A stretch of DNA of 64,000 nucleotides from a virus. The DNA lies in IMG/VR virus record IMGVR_UViG_3300032323_001800, positions 96,001 to 160,000 of that record; one strand, written 5' to 3'. A program made the position numbers and the translations under genes. The stretch's first letter is position 1. Each line of letters opens with the position of its first letter. The notes under the pieces were generated by a model. It was not told the DNA's origin and searched no databases. It saw only the letters and a list, made by a program, of their open reading frames with translations. Below are positions 47,117 to 55,822 of the stretch, in pieces.

Positions 47117-47880
47117 ATCTAGAACATTCTTATTATTGGTTTAAAGAAGCAATATCCCCAGAAGATTGTCAAAAAATTATCGACCTTGGTCTTTCTACTT
47201 TAGAAAAAAATAAAAAAGATGGAAAAAATACCGCTGGAATTACCTACGGAGGCATGGAAAAACAATCAAAAGCCGAAGCCGTACCTCTGCAGGATAAAAC
47301 CTTGCAAGAAATAGCCGAAGAAAAAAATATTTCAGCAAAAGAAGTTGAAAAAAGTGTTTATGTAAGAGACAGCGAAGTTGCCTGGTTAGACGATACTTGG
47401 CTTTATGATCTGTTAATGCCATACATATACAAAGCAAATTATGAAACTGGTTGGAATTTTGAAATTGACAATGCTGAACATTTTCAATTTACAGTCTACC
47501 ATCCGGGAGGATTTTATGGTTGGCACGTAGATGGAAAGTCAGACCACTCGGGAAAATTAAAAAGATATTTGCCAGGAATCACACCATTAAACAAAGACGG
47601 AAGAGCTCCTTTATCTTATACTGCAAATCCTAATCATGTAGGAAAAATTAGAAAAATAAGCATGACACTGAATCTAAATAATCCTGGCGAATATGATGGC
47701 GGTAATTTAACTTTTGATTTTGGGCCACACGCACTAAAACGATATCACGAATGTGAAGAAATAAAACCTCAAGGCTCATTAATTGTTTTTCCATCGTTTG
47801 TATATCATCAAGTTACTCCAGTAACTAGGGGTACTAGATATTCGTTAGTGTTATGGACATTGGGACAACCTTTTAAATAG
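47113..47880 (+). CDS. 2OG-Fe(II) oxygenase (PKHD-type)
   Basis: GWHVD, RKISMTLNL, YDGG, YHQVTPVTRGTRYSLV. Confidence 0.9.
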   Translation: MNLEHSYYWFKEAISPEDCQKIIDLGLSTLEKNKKDGKNTAGITYGGMEKQSKAEAVPLQDKTLQEIAEEKNISAKEVEKSVYVRDSEVAWLDDTWLYDLLMPYIYKANYETGWNFEIDNAEHFQFTVYHPGGFYGWHVDGKSDHSGKLKRYLPGITPLNKDGRAPLSYTANPNHVGKIRKISMTLNLNNPGEYDGGNLTFDFGPHALKRYHECEEIKPQGSLIVFPSFVYHQVTPVTRGTRYSLVLWTLGQPFK

Positions 47881-47888
47881 GATTTATT

Positions 47889-48677
47889 ATGAATGATTTA
47901 ATTTCAAATTGGGACGAGTTATCCGAATCTCAAAAAGAAGCAGTATTGAAACAAATGGAAGAATCTCCAAATTTTGAAAAAATAGAAGAGCCTAATCCGG
48001 GAACATTATTTTTTCAAGCAACAGGTTGGGCAAAGATTGAAAATTTTATTAGTAAAGAAATGGCATCGTTGTTTTATCACCATGTCAAACTATCTGCTGA
48101 ACGATTAGCGTATATTGAAAATAAATTTCCTGAAAAACTTAACGAAGATTACTACGGATCGTTCGGTGACGGCCAATCTCCGGATTTTTCTCGATACGGT
48201 GATCCGATTTTTGATGCTCTGGTTGATACTTCTTTAAGAAAAGTGGAAGAAATAACTAATGTTCCGTTATTTTCTAATTACAGTTATTATAGATTATATA
48301 CAACAGGATCGATTTTAGAAAGACATATTGATCGTCCTAGTTGTGAATATTCTGTAACAGTTTGTTTAGGATACGATGTTAGTAATGTTGATCAAAATAT
48401 ATACCCAAGTTACGACTGGCCTATGTTTGTAAATAATCAAGGAATGGAACTGCCAATTCATTTAAAACCGGGAGATGCTATCATTTATAAAGGTTGTGAA
48501 GTTGAGCACTGGCGAGATCCGTTCTGGGGGTTGAATCATGCACAGTTATTTTTACATTACTCAAAAGTCAATGGTCAATTTAATATTAAAAATGATGGCA
48601 GAGCAATTTTAGGACTTCCTGGATCTTTTAGATCTGAAGAATCTATGAGTATAGGTTTCGAGCCTGCTAAAAAATGA
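47889..48677 (+). CDS. 2OG-Fe(II) oxygenase
   Basis: LERHIDRPSCEYSVT, LKPGDAIIYKG, EHWR, QLFLHY. Confidence 0.8.
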   Translation: MNDLISNWDELSESQKEAVLKQMEESPNFEKIEEPNPGTLFFQATGWAKIENFISKEMASLFYHHVKLSAERLAYIENKFPEKLNEDYYGSFGDGQSPDFSRYGDPIFDALVDTSLRKVEEITNVPLFSNYSYYRLYTTGSILERHIDRPSCEYSVTVCLGYDVSNVDQNIYPSYDWPMFVNNQGMELPIHLKPGDAIIYKGCEVEHWRDPFWGLNHAQLFLHYSKVNGQFNIKNDGRAILGLPGSFRSEESMSIGFEPAKK

Positions 48678-49279
48678 TTTTATATTTGTTTCCAATTCCC
48701 ATTTACTTAGAAAAAAATACAGATATGATTTCTGTAGGTTCTAAATTATTTGAAATTTGGCCAGAAGATACTCGCTTCAATGGATTTTTCAGTACTACAC
48801 TAAAGGGAGAATATTGTCCTTATAAAGCTCCAGTAACATGGGAACTAACTGAAGTTGCCGAAGCACAACCGTTAATAGAATATATTAAAAAATCAGCAGA
48901 ACAATATCTGCAGGAAAATAAGAATAGACCGCATTCTGTTAAAGTTCAAAATATGTGGCTGAACGAGATGGCCAGCGAAACTCGACACCCCAAACATTCT
49001 CATTATGGATATAGCATCAGCGGAACATTTTATGTAGAAGTTCCAGAAGGATCAAATAAATTAGGATTTTATAATCCTCTAGACGGCGTCGGACATATGA
49101 TAGGACCAGAATCTCAAGAAAGTTGGACTGTAAGTAACGCAATGTCTTGGTGGGTTCCGGTCGAAGCCGGTAATATAATTTTATTCCCCTCGCATATCGA
49201 GCACGAAGTTCCTCCTATGAAATTCCAAGGGCTAAGAAGATCTATATCTTTTGACTTGGTTTTATTACCAATAGAATAA
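48674..49279 (+). CDS. Putative 2OG-Fe(II) oxygenase (TIGR02466-like)
   Basis: MWLN, HPKHSH, ISGTFY, ILFPSHIEHEV, RRSISF. Confidence 0.8.
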   Translation: MILYLFPIPIYLEKNTDMISVGSKLFEIWPEDTRFNGFFSTTLKGEYCPYKAPVTWELTEVAEAQPLIEYIKKSAEQYLQENKNRPHSVKVQNMWLNEMASETRHPKHSHYGYSISGTFYVEVPEGSNKLGFYNPLDGVGHMIGPESQESWTVSNAMSWWVPVEAGNIILFPSHIEHEVPPMKFQGLRRSISFDLVLLPIE

Positions 49280-49292
49280 AATTAGATATCAA

Positions 49293-49973
49293 ATGACTAT
49301 AGAATTATCTCAATTAATACTGCATAAAAAAGAATTTTTAACCTCTGACGAATGTCAATTTCTAGTCGAAGAATATGAAAAAAGAAATCAAGAGTTCGTA
49401 CTAGAAAAATGTCCAGAAGCTAATACAAATATTGATACGTTTAGCACATTTAAAAGAATAGATTTAAGACACGGAACAGATGCGTTTAATATTGTTCATT
49501 CTGCTACTGAACGTATGATAAATCTTTATCACGATTATTTAGATACATTTAAATCATTTCATACACAGTATAGAGAAACATTGATGTATAGTCATATGTA
49601 CAGATTGCTAAAATATGAAACTGGTGCTAAAATACATCCGCATACAGATCACGATCCGTTCGTATATGGTAGTTGCACTTTTAATCTAAACAATGACTAT
49701 ACTGGTGGAAATTTTAGTTTTTGGAACGGAAAACATAAAATAAAATTAGGTAAAGGGGATGCTCTAATTTTTCCAGCGGATCATTTTTGGGTACATGAAG
49801 TGGAACCGATCGAGTCAGGAGTTAGATATAGTACCAATAGTTTTTTACAGAAAATTCCATCTCCGCTAAAAGATAATATATTTGAATATTTAAAGTATAA
49901 CAGCAACCCGAACGATCCAAGAAATTTTGATGGGACGAGATATAACATAACCGAGAAAAAAACAAATGCCTGA
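49293..49973 (+). CDS. Prolyl 4-hydroxylase-like 2OG-Fe(II) oxygenase
   Basis: LLKYETG, HPHTD, YTGGNF, HEVEPIESGVRYS. Confidence 0.85.
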   Translation: MTIELSQLILHKKEFLTSDECQFLVEEYEKRNQEFVLEKCPEANTNIDTFSTFKRIDLRHGTDAFNIVHSATERMINLYHDYLDTFKSFHTQYRETLMYSHMYRLLKYETGAKIHPHTDHDPFVYGSCTFNLNNDYTGGNFSFWNGKHKIKLGKGDALIFPADHFWVHEVEPIESGVRYSTNSFLQKIPSPLKDNIFEYLKYNSNPNDPRNFDGTRYNITEKKTNA

Positions 49974-50589
49974 ATTTAAAGTTTATAATTTATGGCCAGT
50001 ACCGATATACGAAAACGTTATTCCTGTTGAACAACACTGGCTTTCATCTATCGATTTGTTAGATTTCGAAAGGATGAAATCTGGAAACGGTAATATAACC
50101 GTTGATAGGAATGTTTTACTTAGACCGGAATTTTCTGATTTAAAAACTAAGATTGAAGAGCATTGTAAATTATATACTAAAAATCTATTATCAATAAGTG
50201 ATCGAACAACTTTCTATATTCAAAATTCTTGGGTTAATATCCATCACCCAAACGATTGGGCACAATCACATAGACATGCGAATAGTTTAATTTCTGGTTG
50301 TTTTTATTTAAAGATTCCTGAAAATTCTGGGAATATACAATTTATAAAAAATCAGTGCTGGACGACAGTGTTTCCAACAGCAATAACTTTTGATTACGAT
50401 AACATTAATCACATAAATTCTGAATTTTGGAATATCGAACCAGCCGAAGGAACGATATTATTGTTTCCTTCCCACATTCTTCATTCGGTTGAAACTAATA
50501 ACAGCAGTGAAAATCGATACTCCCTAGCTTTTAATTTATATGCAAGGGGGTCTTTAGGACACGACGAGTGTTATTTGGAACTGAGATGA
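49966..50589 (+). CDS. Putative 2OG-Fe(II) oxygenase (TIGR02466-like)
   Basis: SWVN, QSHRH, ISGCFY, LLFPSHILHSV, RYSLAFN. Confidence 0.82.
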   Translation: MPEFKVYNLWPVPIYENVIPVEQHWLSSIDLLDFERMKSGNGNITVDRNVLLRPEFSDLKTKIEEHCKLYTKNLLSISDRTTFYIQNSWVNIHHPNDWAQSHRHANSLISGCFYLKIPENSGNIQFIKNQCWTTVFPTAITFDYDNINHINSEFWNIEPAEGTILLFPSHILHSVETNNSSENRYSLAFNLYARGSLGHDECYLELR

Positions 50590-50843
50590 TTAGATATTTT
50601 CTTTTCTAATTGACTTCTAATCTGCTGCAATTGTGCCTTGGCATCATTTTGCTGGGTGTTGTTTAAAACACCTTCTGTGGTTAGCATTATAAGTCCCTGA
50701 TCTATTTGTTTTACAAGTTTTAAAAATTGATCGTATAGACTTTTTAATTCTGATTTAACTGTAGAATCGTTGCACTCTTTAATTACCGCGTTGTATCTTT
50801 CGCAATCTTTTTTAAATCGAGGATGATCTTGGATCGAAATCAT
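50571..50843 (-). CDS. Hypothetical helical protein
   Basis: 90-aa ORF with an ATGA overlap with its upstream gene. Confidence 0.6.
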   Translation of the reverse strand: MISIQDHPRFKKDCERYNAVIKECNDSTVKSELKSLYDQFLKLVKQIDQGLIMLTTEGVLNNTQQNDAKAQLQQIRSQLEKKISNHLSSK

Positions 50844-51226
50844 ACTGCGTTCTCCATGATTAATACTGTCTCAATTTTAGTTTGAGTTATTTTATTTGTT
50901 AGTGTAGATTTTAAACCAGTGTGGAGATTTTTTGGCAGATTAACAAGATTGGACCAACAAATGGTCAAACTACCATTACCAAAAAATTCTTCATCAACTA
51001 AGCACATAAATGTAGAATACTCAAATCCCATATCTTGACTTTGGTAAAGTTCGACCGGAATTAGTCTAGAGTCCTTGCCTACAAGATTTAAAATCATTTC
51101 TTTAGAATCGTCGAATACAGATGTGTCTCTAACGAATGTAGGCACAGTCCATTTTGAATCTTCTAGAATTAAAAAAATCCTAGAAGTTTTTTTTGAAATG
51201 AATAATATACCGGCACGCTTTTGCAT
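50840..51226 (-). CDS. Hypothetical protein, possibly a degenerate Nudix fold
   Basis: Start set at ATG 51226 (MQKRAGILFISKK), 5 nt after TAAGTA; the earlier track start overlaps gp15. Confidence 0.5.
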   Translation of the reverse strand: MQKRAGILFISKKTSRIFLILEDSKWTVPTFVRDTSVFDDSKEMILNLVGKDSRLIPVELYQSQDMGFEYSTFMCLVDEEFFGNGSLTICWSNLVNLPKNLHTGLKSTLTNKITQTKIETVLIMENAV

Positions 51227-51237
51227 ACCAGTACTTA

Positions 51238-52668
51238 TCATGGATTTATGTTGAAACTCCAATATCCGGCTGTGTATTCGCCCTCGAAACTCTTGAGCCA
51301 CTGGCTATCTTCCCATTTATATTGTATCATGGTTTTTAAGTTCTGCACGTATTGAACATTGGTTGTGCTCGTTGAATCAAACACCACAGACCACGAATCA
51401 GTTGAGCTACTCCATTGTATAATATCATTGGCGTTGGCTGTAAAGATACTGTTATCTTTGTTTTTCCATGCTTCTGGTCCTTCAACAATATCTTCTAAAA
51501 TCAAATATCGAACTCCGTTTGGAATATCATCATGAGTTAGACCAAATGTAGTTATTGGATTGAAAGATGTTGGATTTACAATAGCATCTATAATTCCTAA
51601 TGTATTCGATGGCAATGTGTCACGATCAAATTGTATCTGCAGATAGGTAGTATCTATATCTTTGATAACAAACGTGCCCACTAACTCAGTGCCGTTTGGT
51701 TGTAAAAATCTAACCTGGCTTATGCCTTCTTTAAATCCATCGTATTGATCTAATACAATATTCCAATCTAATCTTTGACCGTGTTTAACAGGAGTGTCTA
51801 ATTTTAGTTCAGTAACTGCTTCGTTAGGATTTAGCACACTAAGATCATACAATCCGTCTGAAAGGTCTCCGGTATTGCTCTTAAGTAGTAATACACCGTA
51901 TTCACCTGGAGTTACTCTAACAGCATTAGGATTAGCATCAGGACCATCTACATAATTAAATGCCAACTCCGATAGAGGTTTAAGATTACCGTCATCGGAA
52001 AACATATTCATGATAATATTTTGAACCACGCCAAGTTTCTTAACTTTAACCGGCGGCGAAATGTAAATTGGCATTTCAAAATCAATAGTACAGATGTCAA
52101 TTTCAGATTCAAGTCCAGCCGGAATTGTTCTGCTGGTAAAGTTTGTGGTTTTTAAATCTACTACGCTTAGACTAGTCCAGTCAATGTAGTTGTCTGTAGT
52201 CTGCACTTCTAAACTAGGATTAAACAATACTAAAATTTGTTCAAGCAACTGCAATTTTTGATCAGTGTTTGATGTCCAAATATCTGCTCGCATGGTTAAT
52301 AAAAACGGAGTTGGCATTAGGCGTTCTACAGTATAGCCAGCCCCTTGATAATTCTGATATTCTGGATTACCGTTCTCGTCAAATTCATAGGCACGCTCTC
52401 TAATATTGACTTTACTAACATAACTGGCATCGCCTAATCTTGATCGATTTAGTTCCAGGCCGGTAATATAACAGGCAATCTTAGGCACACTGGGCATTTT
52501 GTTTTCAGAATTTTCTTTAATAATAGCCGCAACTTGTCTAGACATATCACCGTAATTTACTGGTACGCTTCGCAATGTGCCGTCACCTGATTGATATTTG
52601 AATCCGATAAAGATTCTCATAAACTGAGTTACGTAGCGTCTTATCTGTCCATCATAAAAGAAATCCAT
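51238..52668 (-). CDS. gp15: Tail sheath stabiliser / tail completion protein, gp15-like
   Basis: FFYDGQIRRYVTQF, VPVNYG, LLEQILVLFNP; follows gp14. Confidence 0.78.
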   Translation of the reverse strand: MDFFYDGQIRRYVTQFMRIFIGFKYQSGDGTLRSVPVNYGDMSRQVAAIIKENSENKMPSVPKIACYITGLELNRSRLGDASYVSKVNIRERAYEFDENGNPEYQNYQGAGYTVERLMPTPFLLTMRADIWTSNTDQKLQLLEQILVLFNPSLEVQTTDNYIDWTSLSVVDLKTTNFTSRTIPAGLESEIDICTIDFEMPIYISPPVKVKKLGVVQNIIMNMFSDDGNLKPLSELAFNYVDGPDANPNAVRVTPGEYGVLLLKSNTGDLSDGLYDLSVLNPNEAVTELKLDTPVKHGQRLDWNIVLDQYDGFKEGISQVRFLQPNGTELVGTFVIKDIDTTYLQIQFDRDTLPSNTLGIIDAIVNPTSFNPITTFGLTHDDIPNGVRYLILEDIVEGPEAWKNKDNSIFTANANDIIQWSSSTDSWSVVFDSTSTTNVQYVQNLKTMIQYKWEDSQWLKSFEGEYTAGYWSFNINP

Positions 52669-53912
52669 TATTCGTCTGCCTTAGGTCTAAGAGCCTTTGT
52701 TAAGCTCTGTTTTTCTTTAACTTCTTTACCGTTAATTGTAGTAACAGCATCATTATTGATGAAGGTAGATTTCTGATTTAATCTTATGTCCTTACCTTCA
52801 AATGGTTGTCCAGGACCAGTATCGCTGGCACCAAGATTACTCATAGTCATCCTAACACCATCTTCATATTTGACCCAGCGTCTTCCATTGTATCTAAACA
52901 ATCGTTTAGGAAAATAATCTGTTCTTAAACAAAATTGTCCGTCAATTGGCGAAAGTGGAAACGCTATGCCACTGGTAAATGGAGCGCCGTTTGGCGGAAC
53001 AATATCTTCGTGATAATTGTCGTATCCGTCTTTGGTAGGATTGGCCATGATTGAAGTAGTATCAACTACTTGAATAACAACCCCCCCAGCACCTTCAACA
53101 GTAGCAATGCTAGCATCTAGCTCACCACTATTAACAGTTACTAGTTTTGGTTTGCCTTGGTCATCTAACGGTACTGTATAAAATTTTGTTGTGTCGTAAC
53201 CACTGCGAGGAGCATCTGCTTCTGCTTGATCAAGAACTGCTTGAGTAATTTGCATTTCTTTTTCGTAGGTACTCATAATATCACGCAGTGTGGTATTTGT
53301 TTCGTTACCATCGCAATCAACTGCTGCCTTGTCAAGGATCTGTTTAAATTCTTGACTATCGACTAGTGGTTTGCATTTAGCACGATACAAGTGTGGATAC
53401 CAAGTTACAGAAAACCCTTCTGCTGCACGATTAACTTCTTCAACAACGTAGAAACGTTTTAGAGCAAACTGTAGATCGTTAAGAGCATATTCGTCTTTTA
53501 GGTGAGGCAACTCAATAACATCACCTGCAATAATTTTACGGCCAAGTTTTTCCACAGTATCATTGATATGAAACGTCATAAACACTGTGTCATTTTGTAA
53601 GAATAGGCCAAACTGACTTAGGTTAAAGTCAATGTCTTGAATATTATAAACACCTCTTAACAAATATACATCTGGATCGTATTTTCTATCTCTATTTTCT
53701 AAAAACAATAAATCTTGAATTTGAAAAGGATCGTCTTCTGTATATTGCGGAGTAGTTGGGCTAATGTTTGCTGGATTAGCATTACTCACTGGCCCTAAAT
53801 ACTTGTGAATAAGCACATCGACACCGCCAACTTGGAACATCTCCCAAACGGTTTTATCGATGAATCTAAAATCATTGCCCTTTTCGGGACGGTATAAACT
53901 GAGTCTTGGCAT
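52668..53912 (-). CDS. gp14: Neck protein, gp14-like
   Basis: DLLFLENRDRKYD, FNLSQFGLF, GDVIELP, YRAKCK. Start set at MPRLSLY (53912); an alternative ATG is at 53918. Confidence 0.75.
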   Translation of the reverse strand: MPRLSLYRPEKGNDFRFIDKTVWEMFQVGGVDVLIHKYLGPVSNANPANISPTTPQYTEDDPFQIQDLLFLENRDRKYDPDVYLLRGVYNIQDIDFNLSQFGLFLQNDTVFMTFHINDTVEKLGRKIIAGDVIELPHLKDEYALNDLQFALKRFYVVEEVNRAAEGFSVTWYPHLYRAKCKPLVDSQEFKQILDKAAVDCDGNETNTTLRDIMSTYEKEMQITQAVLDQAEADAPRSGYDTTKFYTVPLDDQGKPKLVTVNSGELDASIATVEGAGGVVIQVVDTTSIMANPTKDGYDNYHEDIVPPNGAPFTSGIAFPLSPIDGQFCLRTDYFPKRLFRYNGRRWVKYEDGVRMTMSNLGASDTGPGQPFEGKDIRLNQKSTFINNDAVTTINGKEVKEKQSLTKALRPKADE

Positions 53913-53919
53913 AGTCATA

Positions 53920-53931
53920 TATTTATAAATA
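53920..53931. promoter_or_regulatory. Palindromic bidirectional late promoter TATTTATAAATA
   Basis: Perfect 12-bp palindrome reading TATAAATA on both strands, between the divergent neck genes. Confidence 0.8.
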
Positions 53932-53936
53932 CTAGT

Positions 53937-54698
53937 ATGAGCCAACTTGACCAAGAAAAACAAAAGGTTTTTGACTACTGTAAAGCTATGCTAGGCGATG
54001 GCATGATTGACGTAGAATTAGACCCTGTACATTACGAAACAGCACTTACCCGATCTTTGGGTGTATTCCGCCAACGCGGTGAAAATTCTGTAGAAGAAAG
54101 TTTTGCTTTTCTAACTTTAGAAATAGATAAAAACGAGTATATTCTACCAGATGAAATACAACACGTTAGAGAAATATATCGACGAAGTATTGGATCAAGA
54201 AGTGGCGGCGGCAATGGCGGAACTGTTTTTGAGCCATTTAACCTAGCCTATACAAACACCTATTTGTTAAGCTCAACTAATATGGGTGGCCTGGCAACCT
54301 ACGAACTATTTGCAGGTTATCAAGAAAGAGTAGGTAAAATGTTTGGTAGTTTTATTAATTTTACCTACAATCCAGAAAGTAGAAAACTAATAATCATGCA
54401 GCGTCCTAGAACGCAAGAAGAAGTAATGTTATGGGTGTATAACAAAAAGCCCGACGTTCTAATATTAACAAATCCATATTCAGGCCAATGGATCAAAGAC
54501 TACACTTTAGCTAACTGTAAAATCATGTTAGGACAAGCTCGTGAAAAGTTTGCCCAAATTGCTGGCCCACAGGGCGGCAGTGCTTTAAATGGTGCTGCTA
54601 TGAAAACCGAAGGCCAAGCAGATATTGATCGTTTAACACTTGAACTTACTACACAAGTTACGGGCGGCGGTATTGGCTACAGTTTTGTCATCGGCTAA
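53937..54698 (+). CDS. gp13: Neck protein, gp13-like
   Basis: LGDGMIDVELD, WIKDYTLANCK, LGQAREKF, GGSALNG. Confidence 0.85.
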   Translation: MSQLDQEKQKVFDYCKAMLGDGMIDVELDPVHYETALTRSLGVFRQRGENSVEESFAFLTLEIDKNEYILPDEIQHVREIYRRSIGSRSGGGNGGTVFEPFNLAYTNTYLLSSTNMGGLATYELFAGYQERVGKMFGSFINFTYNPESRKLIIMQRPRTQEEVMLWVYNKKPDVLILTNPYSGQWIKDYTLANCKIMLGQAREKFAQIAGPQGGSALNGAAMKTEGQADIDRLTLELTTQVTGGGIGYSFVIG

Positions 54699-54715
54699 TT
54701 AAACTCCATTAACAT

Positions 54716-54744
54716 TTGACACAATGAATCTGTGAATGTATAAT
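54716..54744 (+). promoter_or_regulatory. Consensus sigma70 early promoter
   Basis: TTGACA (54716-54721), 17-bp spacer, TATAAT (54739-54744); GGAGG SD follows. Confidence 0.9.
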
Positions 54745-54763
54745 ATTCTTATTGGAGGATATT

Positions 54764-55408
54764 ATGATCATAGGTATTTGCGGATTTATTGGCAGCGGTA
54801 AAGACACTGTTGCTGACTATCTAGTTAATTTTCACGAATTTAGAAGAGAATCATTTGCCAGCACTCTTAAAGATGCTGTAGCAAGTGTATTTGGTTGGGA
54901 TCGTACCATGTTAGAGGGTCGAACTAAAGAAGCTCGTGAGTGGCGAGAGCAAGTAGATCCGTGGTGGGCTGAACGACTGTCAATGCCAACGCTTACTCCT
55001 AGGTGGGTCCTTCAATATTGGGGTACAGAGGTATGCCGCAAAAGTTTCCATGACGATATATGGATCGCTTCATTAGAAAACAAACTACGCAATAGTAAAG
55101 ACGATGTGGTTATTAGCGATTGCCGTTTTCCTAACGAAATTCAAAGTATTAAAAATGCTGGCGGTATGATTATATGGGTTAAGCGTGGCAAATTACCTGA
55201 CTGGTATGATACAGCACTTGGTGCTAATGACGGAATACTTCCCGATCAAGAATTACTTAAAAAATTAAAAATACATGCTTCTGAAACTGCTTGGGTTGGC
55301 ACTGAATTTGATTCTGAGTTAGAAAACAACAGCAGTATTGATGAACTATACTTAAAGATCGAATCGTTAGTTAAAAATCAGCAACAAGATCACCTTGTCT
55401 CCATTTAA
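54764..55408 (+). CDS. Deoxynucleoside monophosphate kinase (T4 gp1-like)
   Basis: IIGICGFIGSGKDT P-loop, SFASTLK, LQYWGTE, VISDCRFPNE, HASE. Start at 54764 fits the SD. Confidence 0.88.
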   Translation: MIIGICGFIGSGKDTVADYLVNFHEFRRESFASTLKDAVASVFGWDRTMLEGRTKEAREWREQVDPWWAERLSMPTLTPRWVLQYWGTEVCRKSFHDDIWIASLENKLRNSKDDVVISDCRFPNEIQSIKNAGGMIIWVKRGKLPDWYDTALGANDGILPDQELLKKLKIHASETAWVGTEFDSELENNSSIDELYLKIESLVKNQQQDHLVSI

Positions 55409-55706
55409 TTCCTTCTTTAGCTAACACTCGCTGACAGTTAGCACACACAGTTTTTAAATTAGAGGGCCTACAGTTATTAAGGTCCTCATCTACATGAAAC
55501 ACTGAAAATACTTCTTGATGCGGGCTTTTAAACCCGCATTTATCGCACTGATTCTTTGTTCGATACCCTGCTCTATACCATCTAGGTATTCCGTGATGTT
55601 TGCCGTTCTTTAAACAAATTTCACACAGTGACCTGTAAAAGGTTTTACCGTTTTTGTGATAGTTGATAGCTGCGGGCCTAAATCCGCACTGGCATAGTGG
55701 TCTCAT
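55371..55706 (-). CDS. Zn-finger HNH endonuclease
   Basis: CQCG, CEIC, CDKCG, VFHVDEDLNN...NLKTVCANC. Confidence 0.75.
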   Translation of the reverse strand: MRPLCQCGFRPAAINYHKNGKTFYRSLCEICLKNGKHHGIPRWYRAGYRTKNQCDKCGFKSPHQEVFSVFHVDEDLNNCRPSNLKTVCANCQRVLAKEGIKWRQGDLVADF

Positions 55707-55822
55707 ATAGTTATTTAAAAGAACCGCACCTTTTCTATCCCTTTTTACTCGGTTATAACGGGCTATTTTTGTTCAAACCCGCTAAATATCTATACAAGAT
55801 TTAACCATCAGGAGATAACGGA

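Noticed and set aside
32654-50589. Assignment as a cyanophage from the phycobiliprotein-like repeats and oxygenase cluster
   Set aside because: No photosynthesis or other host-diagnostic genes are in the window, so the host cannot be determined.
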